Shown: positions 32,306 to 42,663 of the stretch, in pieces
Numbering within the stretch: position 1 is the stretch's first letter
How the letters are laid out: every line of letters starts with the position of its first letter
Source: a virus
DNA length: 47,383 bases
Strand: one strand, 5' to 3'
Virus record (IMG/VR): IMGVR_UViG_3300027509_000005
Translations under genes and position numbers: made by a program
Notes under the pieces: generated by a model
The model's database searches: none
The model's input: the letters and a program-made list of their open reading frames with translations, nothing else
Told to the model about the DNA's origin: nothing

Positions 32306-35300
32306 TTATTTTATATCCGTATCAGAACCAGCCTTAGATTTCTCTAAATCATTTCTAATCAATCCCTCACGTCCATCAACAATCTGCTCTAAGACATCTC
32401 GTTTCTCTTTGTCAGATGGGTTTTTCTTGATATTGAACTTTGTAATGATTTCTTCTACCTTGTTGAAGTCTTTAAAGCTCTGGTTAGCGTCTTTATTATC
32501 TCCAGTAAGGTATCTTCTAATAGATTGGATATCATCTGATGATAGTTCCTCTGCGAATTGCTTTACTTTCTTTTGTGTTACACCTGCTGACTTTGTTACG
32601 AGACTGTCGAATCCGCCTTTAGCGTCTTTGCCGAATTGTACGAAGTCTGCGCTGCCTTTTGTTGTTTTAGATGTTGCTGCGTTTTTTAGCTGACCAAAAG
32701 CACCCTTTATTCTACTTTTTCTCTCAGAATCTTTGCCAAAGACAAGTTTTTCAATGGCTTTTTCATAACGCAAGTCCGAGTTTAGCACCTTATTAGCTAA
32801 ACTAGAAACAACCTTACCTAGTAGCCCTCCAGTCGGATCACCGATGCCCATAGAAAATGCTGCATCCATAGTGCTATTCTTTATACCCTGCTCAAAAAGC
32901 GATTTCTGACTATCATTGCCAAACATCTTTGTAGCAAGCCATGCGAAGGTAGCATCATCTTGTATATCGTAACCTGTAAGGTTTTTTAATGACTCTGCGT
33001 TTGTCAGTGCTTGACCATTTCTGTCACTGTACAGTCTATTCATTAAGAAATTAGGATTATTTCTCGACTTATTCAAAATCGCAATTTCGTCCGCAGCGTT
33101 AGAATAGTCATCCAATAATTTAGCCTGATCTTTTGGTATACTTTCACGATTTACTTTTGCAAGATCGGCTCTGATACTTTTTGCAATGCCATCAATATTT
33201 CCAGATACCTCCTGAGAACTTTTACCAAAATCGGCTTTACTACCAACTCTAGATATTACATCAACTAATGATTCTAGTGTACCTGTAGTAGTTGCAAACT
33301 CAATATCATCAAAAAACTCACCAATCATTTTTCTCTCGGAGTCGCTATATACACCCCTTCTTCCATCAATATCTTCAACTTTGATTTTGCCATCTTGATC
33401 TTTACTCACTCTAACACCTTGTGACTCTAATTTGCTATTTAGTCCATTGATAACAGAAGCAAGTTTATTCTTATCAACTGTAGTTCCTCCATATTCTTTT
33501 CTAAATTTACCAATTTCTGATCCTATGTCATTTAGAATATCCTGAGCCATGTCAACAGTAGCGATATACTTGTCAGCAGCTACTTGAGGTGCTGCTCTCA
33601 TTGTATCGCTATTATTTCTATTGATTGCTGCTGATACATAGAAGTTATAAGCGTCAGGCTTATTCTTGATACGTTCTTTTATGGATCGATCTATTTTAGG
33701 GTCTCCAAGTATTCTTTGTCTGATTCCATCAGCAGCTCTTGATTCTGTAAGGAGATTCATACCAGCAGTTATCCTACCAACCGCCCCAGGCTTATCCTTT
33801 TCAATTCCCTCAAGTACTAACTCTTCTATCTCTCTTTCGATTTGATCTTTTGCACTGTCTGTATTCAATAAGGTGCTGTTTGGCTTTACATCACTAAACC
33901 TGGAATTGTTTTCTCTATCATTGAAACCAAGACTGCTATCGCTTGAGCCTGTCTCTCTTTTATCTGTAATAACATCAACTATTTCATCTCCTGTTTTTGG
34001 CAATGTTACAACTTCATCAGCATTTTTTGTTGCGCTTCTTATACCGCTATCCACACCCTCTTGAATTGTTTGGGTTGCTGCCTTAAAAGCTGTTCTTGCT
34101 GCACCACCAGTTAAGACTGATATGATACCACCACCTATATTTGCTAAAGCCTCAAAGTTCTCTGCATTTACCTTGTTGTCAGTGCTACTATTTTTCCATG
34201 TACTATAAGTCTCTATTCCACGACTAGCAGCCTGTAATCCAGCAGCCACAGCAGGATTCTTCTTTATTTCTTCCCCAAGTTCTGCAAATTCTTTATCAGA
34301 TGTTGCAAGGTCTGCTGTTTCTGCTACTGCTGCCTCTCCTAGATCGAATATAAAACCAAGCACATCACCTGTTACTTGTGTACCCGTATCACCTCTTAAT
34401 TGTTCGCCTGAATCTAGTCTCTGAAATGACTCTGCAATGCTACCTCGTCTTTTTGTGTATGCCTCTGATACCCTTGAAAAGAGTGTATCTTCACCCTCTG
34501 TCCTTGAGAAGTCTTGACCAAAACCTGGAATTGGCAAACCTCCAACGATAGCACCATTTTCTGGTGTGTTTTCTCCTAATCCCTGTGATTGTGTCTCAGA
34601 AAGTCCTATATTAAAGCCAGATTCTGCATTATCTACTTTTTTTTTACCAGTTTCAGGATCATAGCCTTGTGACTCGATATAAGCCCTAGCTTTAGGGTTG
34701 TTTGGGTTTGTGAGTGCTAATTGTAGCTTTCTGTCTGTGATTGGCTCGTCCCCTGTAGATGAATCTTGCACAGAGCCGCTCAAACCTTGCACTTTAGCAA
34801 GTCCGCTTTCTAATGCATCCTTTACTCTTTGCACCTCAGCTATAAATGCCTCCTCTGATATTTTTGGATCTGCAAGTATAGTCTCTGCATCTGCCAATGC
34901 TTTCTGCTCCGCATCAGTAATAGTACCTTGTCCAGCTAGTTTTTCACGAGCGTTTACGATCAAAGTTGATACAATTTGAGTTCTTTTAGCATTAAAATCA
35001 GCGGCTTCAGTTCCTGATACAAAATCTGTTGCTCCTCCTCCGAATGGCAATATTGATCTCACTGACTTCCCAAAACCTGCTCCGACTGCTGCCTTGAACC
35101 CTCTATTGTTAGTAATATCATCTTGTAATAATTTGACTTTCTCTATATCACCAGTGAGTAAGTCGACTGTAGAGAGCCTATCATCTTCTTTTAGCTTCCT
35201 TTCTTCTCGAACCTCAAATTGCTTATCTGGGCTTAAACCTGCTAATGGGTCAACCTCTCCAGTTCCACCTCCGTATCTGTTCTGTAATTCAAAGAACTTT

Positions 35301-35518
35301 TCCATCTTATCAACATTTGCATCTGTAATTTCAATTCCATTTATTTCACCATAAACATTACTGGAATCAGTAAAATTACTTTCAACATAAGCATTTACCT
35401 CACTCGGTTGTAGATTGAGTTTATACAAACCAGCTTTATACTTATTCTTATCATAGCCTTTCTGTAAAGCTATTGATGTGAAATCATTTGCTATTTGTAA
35501 TTGTTTATCTGATGCCAT
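32306..35518 (-). CDS. Large Cys-free internal virion / ejection protein or tape-measure-like protein (1070 aa from first ATG)
   Basis: Zero Cys. G/S/D/E/K-rich with long predicted helical stretches. The ATG lies 4 nt after the upstream stop (track TTG at 35530). Confidence 0.5.
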   Translation of the reverse strand: MASDKQLQIANDFTSIALQKGYDKNKYKAGLYKLNLQPSEVNAYVESNFTDSSNVYGEINGIEITDANVDKMEKFFELQNRYGGGTGEVDPLAGLSPDKQFEVREERKLKEDDRLSTVDLLTGDIEKVKLLQDDITNNRGFKAAVGAGFGKSVRSILPFGGGATDFVSGTEAADFNAKRTQIVSTLIVNAREKLAGQGTITDAEQKALADAETILADPKISEEAFIAEVQRVKDALESGLAKVQGLSGSVQDSSTGDEPITDRKLQLALTNPNNPKARAYIESQGYDPETGKKKVDNAESGFNIGLSETQSQGLGENTPENGAIVGGLPIPGFGQDFSRTEGEDTLFSRVSEAYTKRRGSIAESFQRLDSGEQLRGDTGTQVTGDVLGFIFDLGEAAVAETADLATSDKEFAELGEEIKKNPAVAAGLQAASRGIETYSTWKNSSTDNKVNAENFEALANIGGGIISVLTGGAARTAFKAATQTIQEGVDSGIRSATKNADEVVTLPKTGDEIVDVITDKRETGSSDSSLGFNDRENNSRFSDVKPNSTLLNTDSAKDQIEREIEELVLEGIEKDKPGAVGRITAGMNLLTESRAADGIRQRILGDPKIDRSIKERIKNKPDAYNFYVSAAINRNNSDTMRAAPQVAADKYIATVDMAQDILNDIGSEIGKFRKEYGGTTVDKNKLASVINGLNSKLESQGVRVSKDQDGKIKVEDIDGRRGVYSDSERKMIGEFFDDIEFATTTGTLESLVDVISRVGSKADFGKSSQEVSGNIDGIAKSIRADLAKVNRESIPKDQAKLLDDYSNAADEIAILNKSRNNPNFLMNRLYSDRNGQALTNAESLKNLTGYDIQDDATFAWLATKMFGNDSQKSLFEQGIKNSTMDAAFSMGIGDPTGGLLGKVVSSLANKVLNSDLRYEKAIEKLVFGKDSERKSRIKGAFGQLKNAATSKTTKGSADFVQFGKDAKGGFDSLVTKSAGVTQKKVKQFAEELSSDDIQSIRRYLTGDNKDANQSFKDFNKVEEIITKFNIKKNPSDKEKRDVLEQIVDGREGLIRNDLEKSKAGSDTDIK

Positions 35519-35522
35519 AGTT

Positions 35523-36392
35523 TTATCCAAAATTTATATCATACTCCTCTTCATCTGTGAGCCTTGGTCTTCCAGCAGCCTCCGCAGCGTTATTGATATC
35601 TGCTATAAGTTGGTCGTAATCCTCTCCTGGTAAAGCTAAGTCTTTTGCGTCTCTCAATGCCTTAATAGACTTCAGGTAAAGATCAACAGGATCTTCTTGC
35701 AATAATGTAGCCTGTATCTGATTGTTAGGGTTTTCTTCGTTTGATATTTCAGCACCATCCTCATCAGTGAAACTTCCGATTGATGTTGGCTTTTGTCCAT
35801 CAGTCACATCACCATCTAGGCTATTTATGAGATCCTCTGCACTTCCAATATTTGTTCCGTCTGTTATTTCAAGTTTTTTGTTTGAAATTTCAAGGTTTCT
35901 CTCGGCAGTCCTCCCAAGAATATCATCAATGCTACCAGAAAGATCACTAACACCTGCCTCTACAGCCAACCCCTTTGCATTTACCAGAGTCGCTGCGTCA
36001 GTATCAGCTAGTGTTTGCTCACGCAGTAAGTCTGTTGCATCTTTCTTTTCTCTATCACTTACAACATCTATAGCTCTATTCGCTTGTCCTATCAGTAATT
36101 CCCTATCTGCTCGCAGTACATCACTAAGTTCTCTCTCAAATCCTGCGATCTGATTTATAGAAAAGTTATTATTTCCTGTAATAAACTGGGTTTTCTCTTG
36201 TGAGTTCCTATCAAAAGCAGCTATTTCATTTGCTGCAAGTCGTGTAGCCTCTGCTGTATTTCTCAAGTCGTTGTTCTGTGCAATGTTATTGAAGTTTTTT
36301 GTAGCTGCGAAAACATCAAAATTCTGAACAGGTCGCTGTGCAGAAGCATCGAAGTTAAAACTCTTATCTAATCCTAGTGCTTGTTCAAACAT
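35523..36392 (-). CDS. Cys-free internal virion-like protein, 289 aa
   Basis: Zero Cys, N/D/E/A-rich. Adjacent to the 1070-aa protein. Confidence 0.5.
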   Translation of the reverse strand: MFEQALGLDKSFNFDASAQRPVQNFDVFAATKNFNNIAQNNDLRNTAEATRLAANEIAAFDRNSQEKTQFITGNNNFSINQIAGFERELSDVLRADRELLIGQANRAIDVVSDREKKDATDLLREQTLADTDAATLVNAKGLAVEAGVSDLSGSIDDILGRTAERNLEISNKKLEITDGTNIGSAEDLINSLDGDVTDGQKPTSIGSFTDEDGAEISNEENPNNQIQATLLQEDPVDLYLKSIKALRDAKDLALPGEDYDQLIADINNAAEAAGRPRLTDEEEYDINFG

Positions 36393-36396
36393 ATAT

Positions 36397-36876
36397 TTAT
36401 GGGAGTGGTGTTATTGATCCTGCAAGCCTTAGTTCTTCCAACACATTACAAAGATCATAACGGAATCCATTACATTCTAGTATTATACCATTATTTGAGA
36501 TTGTCATTATTTCCACGCCATTTTCATCACATATAGAAAAAACCCAATCGCCTGTATTGTTGATGTCTTGTGGTCGCTCATGACGTACCCAAAAGAAGGG
36601 TTTACCATCTCGATTTACTCTTCCTACGCCAAAATCCCTTTCTATGTTTATTTTCCTGTATTTTCCATGAAGCATACCGACACGCTTCTGCAATTCTGGA
36701 TCAGGCTTGAATATCTGATCTCCATAAGCGTCATGCTCCCTCTGTAGCTTCTTCTCGCTGTCTGAGAGCTGTCTTGACTGGTCTATGGTCGGTTTACCCC
36801 TATGAGTATGCAAAACGCCGTCCTGACCATGTAGGACGCTCTTGTGATCTACCTGTGATTCTAAATCATTAGCCAT
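36397..36876 (-). CDS. Virion-module hypothetical protein, 159 aa
   Basis: TAATG overlap with the upstream gene. Confidence 0.55.
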   Translation of the reverse strand: MANDLESQVDHKSVLHGQDGVLHTHRGKPTIDQSRQLSDSEKKLQREHDAYGDQIFKPDPELQKRVGMLHGKYRKINIERDFGVGRVNRDGKPFFWVRHERPQDINNTGDWVFSICDENGVEIMTISNNGIILECNGFRYDLCNVLEELRLAGSITPLP

Positions 36877-38369
36877 TATGTTGTGTATTGTATGAATGAC
36901 CGCATAACTGGGGTATCAATGCCTAGTAGCCTCTTTTCATCTATGGAATTTTCATGCTTTCCGTTTCTGGTTTCTGTAATGAGCTTACCGCCTGTTGATG
37001 GGTTTAGCGTGATTCTGGTTTGCACATGAGTAGGCGTACATTCGTCAGGACAGATCAGATCTCCTTCGACTTCATAGATACTCAGTCCATCTTTTCTGTG
37101 AAATCCTGTAGAACTATCTCTATTCTCACCAAAACCATCTTTATTGTCGTATTTGTTCCACCCTGTATTGTTTACATTGGTAAAACAGTCAAAGTCGTTT
37201 CGTGAGCGTGTAAGCCAGTAGTAAAGCTGTATGTTTCGTGGAGACATGCCTTGAATGGGTAAATTAAACTCAATCGCAGGGAACTCAATGAATCCCTGTG
37301 TAAACTTACTCTTATCAAGTCTCTCTACCCACGCATTGCCTTTACCATCGCTAAATGAAGCTAGTAGTAGCTCTCCAGATGAATCAAAGTAGTATGGCGT
37401 GTCAAATGAAACACTATATGTACTCCATGTAGCCCTTAAATTAGGCGTGTATGGGCTTGCTAGTGATTCTAGCTTTACCTTCTCGCCTCGTGCGCTCTCA
37501 GCCCTCTGAAACAGAACTAACTCGTCTGACTCATCCTGCTTAATGATTGTCATAAGCCTTCCATCATATCCAAAAGTAGGCAAGTAGTCATGCGTTGTTT
37601 GATTGTACGAACTATTTATATATGTTCGTATTCGTGGTAATTGCTTACGAAAGAAGTCAGGGCCACCTGTTACCTGATTTATACGACCACAGTCATCACC
37701 ATCAATAGCGTATATAAGGTTAGAGTTGTGAGATCGAAGATACATGTGCGTACCTCGTCCATTTCTTGCTGTACCATAGCTTACTTCATCACCGAATGGG
37801 ATAATTGCGCTAATCGTATGATCGTCTCTCGTTTCATGCTGATTTAAAGATACATTATATCCCTCGTCAACTCTACCGAGATATTGACCATGACCAAAGT
37901 ATAAGAAACCAGCAGCAGCAGCCATTGGGTGTTCTTCTTGCTGTGTAACTTCCATCCTCTTAAAAACCTTCTTGTTTCCATTCTGCCACTCGAAGAAACC
38001 TAGCTGACAGCAACCAATAAAGTAAATTCTGTTTCTAAAGACATGTGCGCCAGTATGACCACCGCCATCTTCACATGCTGGATTGGTAAAGCAGAGATCC
38101 CATGTTCCATCTCTTTTTCGTACCCATATCTTACCTGTGATCTTTGAAAAAGCATAGGATACCTCTGTACCTGTCACAACGATATATGCTGGCTCGTTTG
38201 GTGCATTACCTTTTGTTTCTTCAACCATCGCATAAGGGCAACTAGCAAATCCTTGTTCTTCAACAATATTTGCAAATACCCAAGGGCAATAATCTTCTAT
38301 AATTCTACTTTTTGTAATACCACGATCAGCGTGTGACCTTCTGACTAATTGTTTGGTGACGCTCGCCAT
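36876..38369 (-). CDS. Virion structural protein, 497 aa (possible tail hub/nozzle)
   Basis: Call rests on position and size only. Confidence 0.45.
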   Translation of the reverse strand: MASVTKQLVRRSHADRGITKSRIIEDYCPWVFANIVEEQGFASCPYAMVEETKGNAPNEPAYIVVTGTEVSYAFSKITGKIWVRKRDGTWDLCFTNPACEDGGGHTGAHVFRNRIYFIGCCQLGFFEWQNGNKKVFKRMEVTQQEEHPMAAAAGFLYFGHGQYLGRVDEGYNVSLNQHETRDDHTISAIIPFGDEVSYGTARNGRGTHMYLRSHNSNLIYAIDGDDCGRINQVTGGPDFFRKQLPRIRTYINSSYNQTTHDYLPTFGYDGRLMTIIKQDESDELVLFQRAESARGEKVKLESLASPYTPNLRATWSTYSVSFDTPYYFDSSGELLLASFSDGKGNAWVERLDKSKFTQGFIEFPAIEFNLPIQGMSPRNIQLYYWLTRSRNDFDCFTNVNNTGWNKYDNKDGFGENRDSSTGFHRKDGLSIYEVEGDLICPDECTPTHVQTRITLNPSTGGKLITETRNGKHENSIDEKRLLGIDTPVMRSFIQYTT

Positions 38370-38378
38370 ATTGTAAGT

Positions 38379-39335
38379 TTAAGGTTGTGGTACCCACCAT
38401 GGATAATCGTTATTCTCTGCTTCTTCTCGGACTCCATAATCGTCATAACATGCTGGCTTTGCTGGCTTTGACCCTTCATCTATTGAAGCACATAGCCCAG
38501 GCTTACAGATATACATGTAATAACTAACTGCCTTTGATGGCTGCATGTTGTTTGTAGGCTGTGTATCGGCCTCTGCACCTTTGATAAGATCCTGCTCAAC
38601 ACTGAAACATCCGTCTGGCGTTTCTGCTGTAGTGTACTGGACATAATCTGTACCCTCTACTGCTGTATCTGAAACACATCCGCCATCAATATCAAGAATA
38701 AAGTGATAGTCATATCCGTCAGGAACTTCTAGTATTGGATCTTCATTAGGATCTAACTGTTCATCGCCTCGTGGAACCCATATAGCCTTTGTAGGTACTT
38801 TAAAGCTCAAATCAAACTGATCTGTAATGTCACAAACCCTGCTTTCTTCACATTGCATCGTATGCTTTGCCTCACCTGTACACATGCCAACGCTTGTAAG
38901 TCCATGACCATAGTAGTCTGTAGGATCCGCCATAACTGGAACTTGACCTCGCATATCGCACATTGTATAGCACTCTACGAGATCACCTGATTTGTTGTAG
39001 TAATTGATTTTTCGTCCGTCCATCAAAGCCCAACACTTATTACAGCATGGAGCGTCACTAGAAGTAATTGCATTGATTTTTACATCACCAAAGCACCAGT
39101 CAGTAAATTTATTGACCATATCTTCCATAAAGAAACGGAAAGGGACATATCCACAGTTATCTCCTGGAACGAAACCAAGTAGCCACATGTTATTAGGGAT
39201 TTCTCCATGCTCTTGGACATCCCATCTATCAAAGATTGCTGCGTCTACTGCTGCTGGACACATATTGCCTCTGCAACTGTCATCTCCACAGAGACTTCCG
39301 CAACATCCATCTGAGTAGTCTAATTCTCCTGCCAT
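38379..39335 (-). CDS. Phage tail-collar-domain fiber protein, extremely Cys-rich
   Basis: ..CWALMDGRKIN..YTMCDMRGQVP..GMCTGEAKHTM resembles the Collar-domain pattern (W..CDG..l ... F.LPDlRGr.P ... G..GE..HtL). About 21 Cys in 318 aa by manual count. Confidence 0.5.
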   Translation of the reverse strand: MAGELDYSDGCCGSLCGDDSCRGNMCPAAVDAAIFDRWDVQEHGEIPNNMWLLGFVPGDNCGYVPFRFFMEDMVNKFTDWCFGDVKINAITSSDAPCCNKCWALMDGRKINYYNKSGDLVECYTMCDMRGQVPVMADPTDYYGHGLTSVGMCTGEAKHTMQCEESRVCDITDQFDLSFKVPTKAIWVPRGDEQLDPNEDPILEVPDGYDYHFILDIDGGCVSDTAVEGTDYVQYTTAETPDGCFSVEQDLIKGAEADTQPTNNMQPSKAVSYYMYICKPGLCASIDEGSKPAKPACYDDYGVREEAENNDYPWWVPQP

Positions 39336-39339
39336 ATAT

Positions 39340-39531
39340 TTATGTTATTGATTGATCTGATCCACTAAAGGTAGCGCTGTATGGACGAAATGCGTTATAT
39401 GGATTATACGGAACAACATCTTTATAGATAATTCTTTCCTGTACAACTGTTTTTGCTTCTTTCAACATTTCAATTTCTTTTTTCAGTAATTCTATCTCTT
39501 TTTCATACAATTCTTTTTCTTTATCGCTCAT
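39340..39531 (-). CDS. Small coiled-coil protein, 63 aa
   Basis: KEKELYEKEIELLKKEIEMLKE heptad-like segment. Confidence 0.5.
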   Translation of the reverse strand: MSDKEKELYEKEIELLKKEIEMLKEAKTVVQERIIYKDVVPYNPYNAFRPYSATFSGSDQSIT

Positions 39532-39535
39532 AATC

Positions 39536-39754
39536 TTAATATATTTTTCTTATTGGTGTTCGCACCTGTATCATTACTCGCTCTCCACAGTCATCAAAAT
39601 ATGATATTGGTTGACCGCAGATTGTCAGTACAGTTTTCATGTAAGTAGGTTTCTGTCTATCGTTATCTGGTAGTGATCCTTGTGGCTTTCTATTTACCAG
39701 AGAAGATGTGCATAATCCTTTACATTTACTGTTTTTACAACATTTATCACTCAT
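39536..39754 (-). CDS. Small Cys-rich protein (start MSDKCCK..)
   Basis: The ATG at 39754 lies 4 nt after the upstream stop. The longer track ORF would overlap the upstream gene by 59 nt. Confidence 0.5.
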   Translation of the reverse strand: MSDKCCKNSKCKGLCTSSLVNRKPQGSLPDNDRQKPTYMKTVLTICGQPISYFDDCGERVMIQVRTPIRKIY

Positions 39755-39758
39755 ATTT

Positions 39759-40622
39759 TTACTTATACTGATAAATTGGGAGATCATCGTGCCATCTGAC
39801 AGGTACTTCGTTCTCATCGCCTTTCTTGTAGGCTTTAATCATCTGTTGATAGAGTAACGTGTACATTTCTACTGTGCTGGCATGTGTGCCACCTTTTTGA
39901 CCATCGTGCCTATTCAAGTAGCGTAACGCTGTGAAATATGCCAAAACTCTGTACCACCGTGAAGGGAAATTAACGTTTTTCGTGTCTTTGGTGATAAATC
40001 CTGCACTTTGCCTATATGTTAGTCGCAATTCTCCGTACTGTGTGACCTTAAATGGCAGTATAATGCAGTTATTTTCCTTCAGATATACATCCTTGCACTT
40101 GAAACAGATTTTACACTTGTTAAACGCCATATCGTACGCCTCAGAGCCTCTCTTGCAGCATTTACTCTGGTTAAACTGGTTATGCTTGATAGGTTTCATC
40201 TCCTTGAAGCAACAACATCCTGCGTCATACTCTACTCGTATGATCTCTGCTGTATCTTTTGGGAGTGGATATTGATTGTAACGTCCCATCTCTCCATCGT
40301 CTTGTCCTTCCTCTACCATCACTGGAATGACTGTGGTACGTACAAAATCAGTAAGACACTTAGTCTCAGCGATGATTTCTTCCTGTAAAAAGCCTATAGA
40401 GAACTGTAGATCACGCAAAAAGGCATCAAACTTATAGCTTTCACCTTGCGTATTGAGTACGTTCATCTTTATTTCCCTGTAAAGGAAGTGGACATCGTTG
40501 CCTTCTGGACATTCTGGATTGGCAAACTTAGAGAAGTCTTGGGTACATTTATCTGTACAACCTTGCAAGTTATCTGCACTGTTGTACTCGTTGTACTGAT
40601 TGTAAGAATGATTTGCTGGCAT
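39759..40622 (-). CDS. Cys-rich virion protein downstream of the capsid gene (possible head-tail connector/adaptor)
   Basis: Position only. About 13 Cys in 287 aa, including CCC and CKICFKC clusters. Confidence 0.45.
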   Translation of the reverse strand: MPANHSYNQYNEYNSADNLQGCTDKCTQDFSKFANPECPEGNDVHFLYREIKMNVLNTQGESYKFDAFLRDLQFSIGFLQEEIIAETKCLTDFVRTTVIPVMVEEGQDDGEMGRYNQYPLPKDTAEIIRVEYDAGCCCFKEMKPIKHNQFNQSKCCKRGSEAYDMAFNKCKICFKCKDVYLKENNCIILPFKVTQYGELRLTYRQSAGFITKDTKNVNFPSRWYRVLAYFTALRYLNRHDGQKGGTHASTVEMYTLLYQQMIKAYKKGDENEVPVRWHDDLPIYQYK

Positions 40623-40672
40623 AATACTTTCCTTATACTACCCACCCTAGAAAGAGTGAGTAAGTAAGGAGA

Positions 40673-41893
40673 TTATTTCTCCTCCGCAACTTTCTTTTCT
40701 CCGCTTCCTGGTACAACATTACCATCTTGGCATGTTGGCTTCTCGTCTGCCTCTGGACACATTTCGCCATCAATAGTGACGTCACATACCTCTTCAGCAG
40801 CAGGGAACTCGATACAGAACAAGTTACAGTAGCTCTGACATGATCGGCTAAAGCCATACTTGAATCCGAATGTATGTGTAGTCTGGAAACCACAATTTAC
40901 ATTCCCCATCGTGTACATCATGTAGCTATTTCGCAACATCTTCACAGCATTTCGCTCACCAATCCAGATAACATTGTCTGGCATCTGGTTAAGGGTAATA
41001 AACTCAAATGTTCCTCCAAGTGCAGTACCTGCCTGACCTGTTGACATGTTGTAGTTCATTGAAAGGATAGAGCTGTTTCCGTCATAGATCGTACTAGAGA
41101 TAAATGACTTCATTGTACAAGCGTTACCCAAAGCAAGATATCGACTCGCTCGCCTTCCTGGGATCATCGCCAACTTCTTGTGAAGTTCTGCAAGGAAATC
41201 AGGGATCATGTGCTTAGTAAGTGGCTCTGAAACAGTAACCTTTGGAATACTGCCATCGTCCAACTGAGCTTGCATGAAAGCGTAAAAGTCCTTCTCAAAC
41301 TTGCAAAGAAAAGCGTCACAAAGTGCAAGCATTTTCTGGTAACCAAGCTGTAGGTAGTCTGATACATCTTCATCACAGAACTCATCGAAACAAATGTCTG
41401 CTTTCGCTGTAAGATCCTTCTTGTGGTCGATTGGGTTATGATTAGCACCGCCTACGAAGTTACATGTTGGTACTTCACCACAAATGTATTCGATAGCTTC
41501 CTGCTCATTCGCTCGGTCGTAACATATTTCTGTATATACTCCCATGTCCCATACCTTGTCCTCGACAAGTCCACTGTTCATGATTGTATTACGTTCTGAA
41601 AAGTCTCGTGCGAGTAGTCCTACTGACTTACCTTTGATGAACTTGTGTACGTCATCAATGTTAGTACAGTCATAGTTTTCTCCCCAATGCTTCAAACAGT
41701 CACGCATAGCGTCTACAGTATCAAAACTCTTGACATTGCTGATTGTGTTGTTAAAAGACTTTAGTTTGTGTGCGCCTTTACGTAGCGGATGATCTTCTCC
41801 GAAGAAAAGATTAAAGCTGATATAAGCAGCACCTTTTGATGGGTCTTGGTTCCTTCGTGAAAGATCCATTAGACCTCGTGGTAGTTTAGCCAT
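40673..41893 (-). CDS. Major capsid protein (putative)
   Basis: 406 aa, immediately after the scaffold-like gene and downstream of the portal. About 17 Cys by manual count. No motif-level proof. Confidence 0.6.
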   Translation of the reverse strand: MAKLPRGLMDLSRRNQDPSKGAAYISFNLFFGEDHPLRKGAHKLKSFNNTISNVKSFDTVDAMRDCLKHWGENYDCTNIDDVHKFIKGKSVGLLARDFSERNTIMNSGLVEDKVWDMGVYTEICYDRANEQEAIEYICGEVPTCNFVGGANHNPIDHKKDLTAKADICFDEFCDEDVSDYLQLGYQKMLALCDAFLCKFEKDFYAFMQAQLDDGSIPKVTVSEPLTKHMIPDFLAELHKKLAMIPGRRASRYLALGNACTMKSFISSTIYDGNSSILSMNYNMSTGQAGTALGGTFEFITLNQMPDNVIWIGERNAVKMLRNSYMMYTMGNVNCGFQTTHTFGFKYGFSRSCQSYCNLFCIEFPAAEEVCDVTIDGEMCPEADEKPTCQDGNVVPGSGEKKVAEEK

Positions 41894-41918
41894 CTTGGTG
41901 TGTAACTAACACCGCAAT

Positions 41919-42605
41919 CTACTGATTTACTCCCCATCCTGAATTTGGGTCTGGTAGTTCGTCATCTGTCGCTTCCTGATTAGAGGTCGCTTCTTCTTGC
42001 AGTGTAGTTTCTTCGTTAGAATTATTACTTTCTGCAACTTCTTTTACGACAGTCAATTGCTCTTTATGAGCGTTGTAATAGGTTAGTGGGTCTACTCCCA
42101 ATGCTACTGAGTTTTCTTGAACTTTCTTAGCAACTTCAGGATCTAATGTCGAGAAGAACTGCTTTTTCTTGTTATCGTTCAAGTATTCGTCATAAGGATC
42201 GGCTTTGACATCACTTTCCGTCTGCGTTGCCCCAACGCTTTGCTCTGCTGCTTGTACAGTAGCTATATTTTGACCATTTATACTAACAACATTTCCGTTA
42301 TCATCGAGAGCAATATTCTGCTCTTGAGCGGATTTCTTCATGTTGCCTTGCCAGACTGATACGTTTTTTGCATTATCGACTAGTTTTAGTACGTCATCAA
42401 ATGATTTCAACTTAGCGTTATCATCACTGATTGTACTATTAACTCTCTCTAATATTTCAGTTCGACCCTGTTCTTTCACAGGTTCGATCATAAACTTCTC
42501 TATCTGATCGTCATTATACGCACTCAACAAGTGGTTATACATCTGATCTGATTGTCCAGGAGTTTGAACATCACTGTTGTCTCCTTGGTTTGAACCAAAA
42601 CTCAT
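41919..42605 (-). CDS. Scaffolding protein (putative)
   Basis: Acidic, Q/N/E-rich, Cys-free, 228 aa, directly upstream of the capsid gene. Confidence 0.55.
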   Translation of the reverse strand: MSFGSNQGDNSDVQTPGQSDQMYNHLLSAYNDDQIEKFMIEPVKEQGRTEILERVNSTISDDNAKLKSFDDVLKLVDNAKNVSVWQGNMKKSAQEQNIALDDNGNVVSINGQNIATVQAAEQSVGATQTESDVKADPYDEYLNDNKKKQFFSTLDPEVAKKVQENSVALGVDPLTYYNAHKEQLTVVKEVAESNNSNEETTLQEEATSNQEATDDELPDPNSGWGVNQ

Positions 42606-42663
42606 AAGTGTAACTATTAAATCTTAATAGTATCAGTACAAATGTATTGATACACAATAAGAT

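Noticed and set aside
12536-41915. Similar small hairpins GGTGT-loop-ACACC upstream of the ATGs at 12523 and 41893
   Set aside because: The stems are only 5 bp and the loops differ (TTGGTT versus TAGTTAC). This is compatible with chance in 47 kb.
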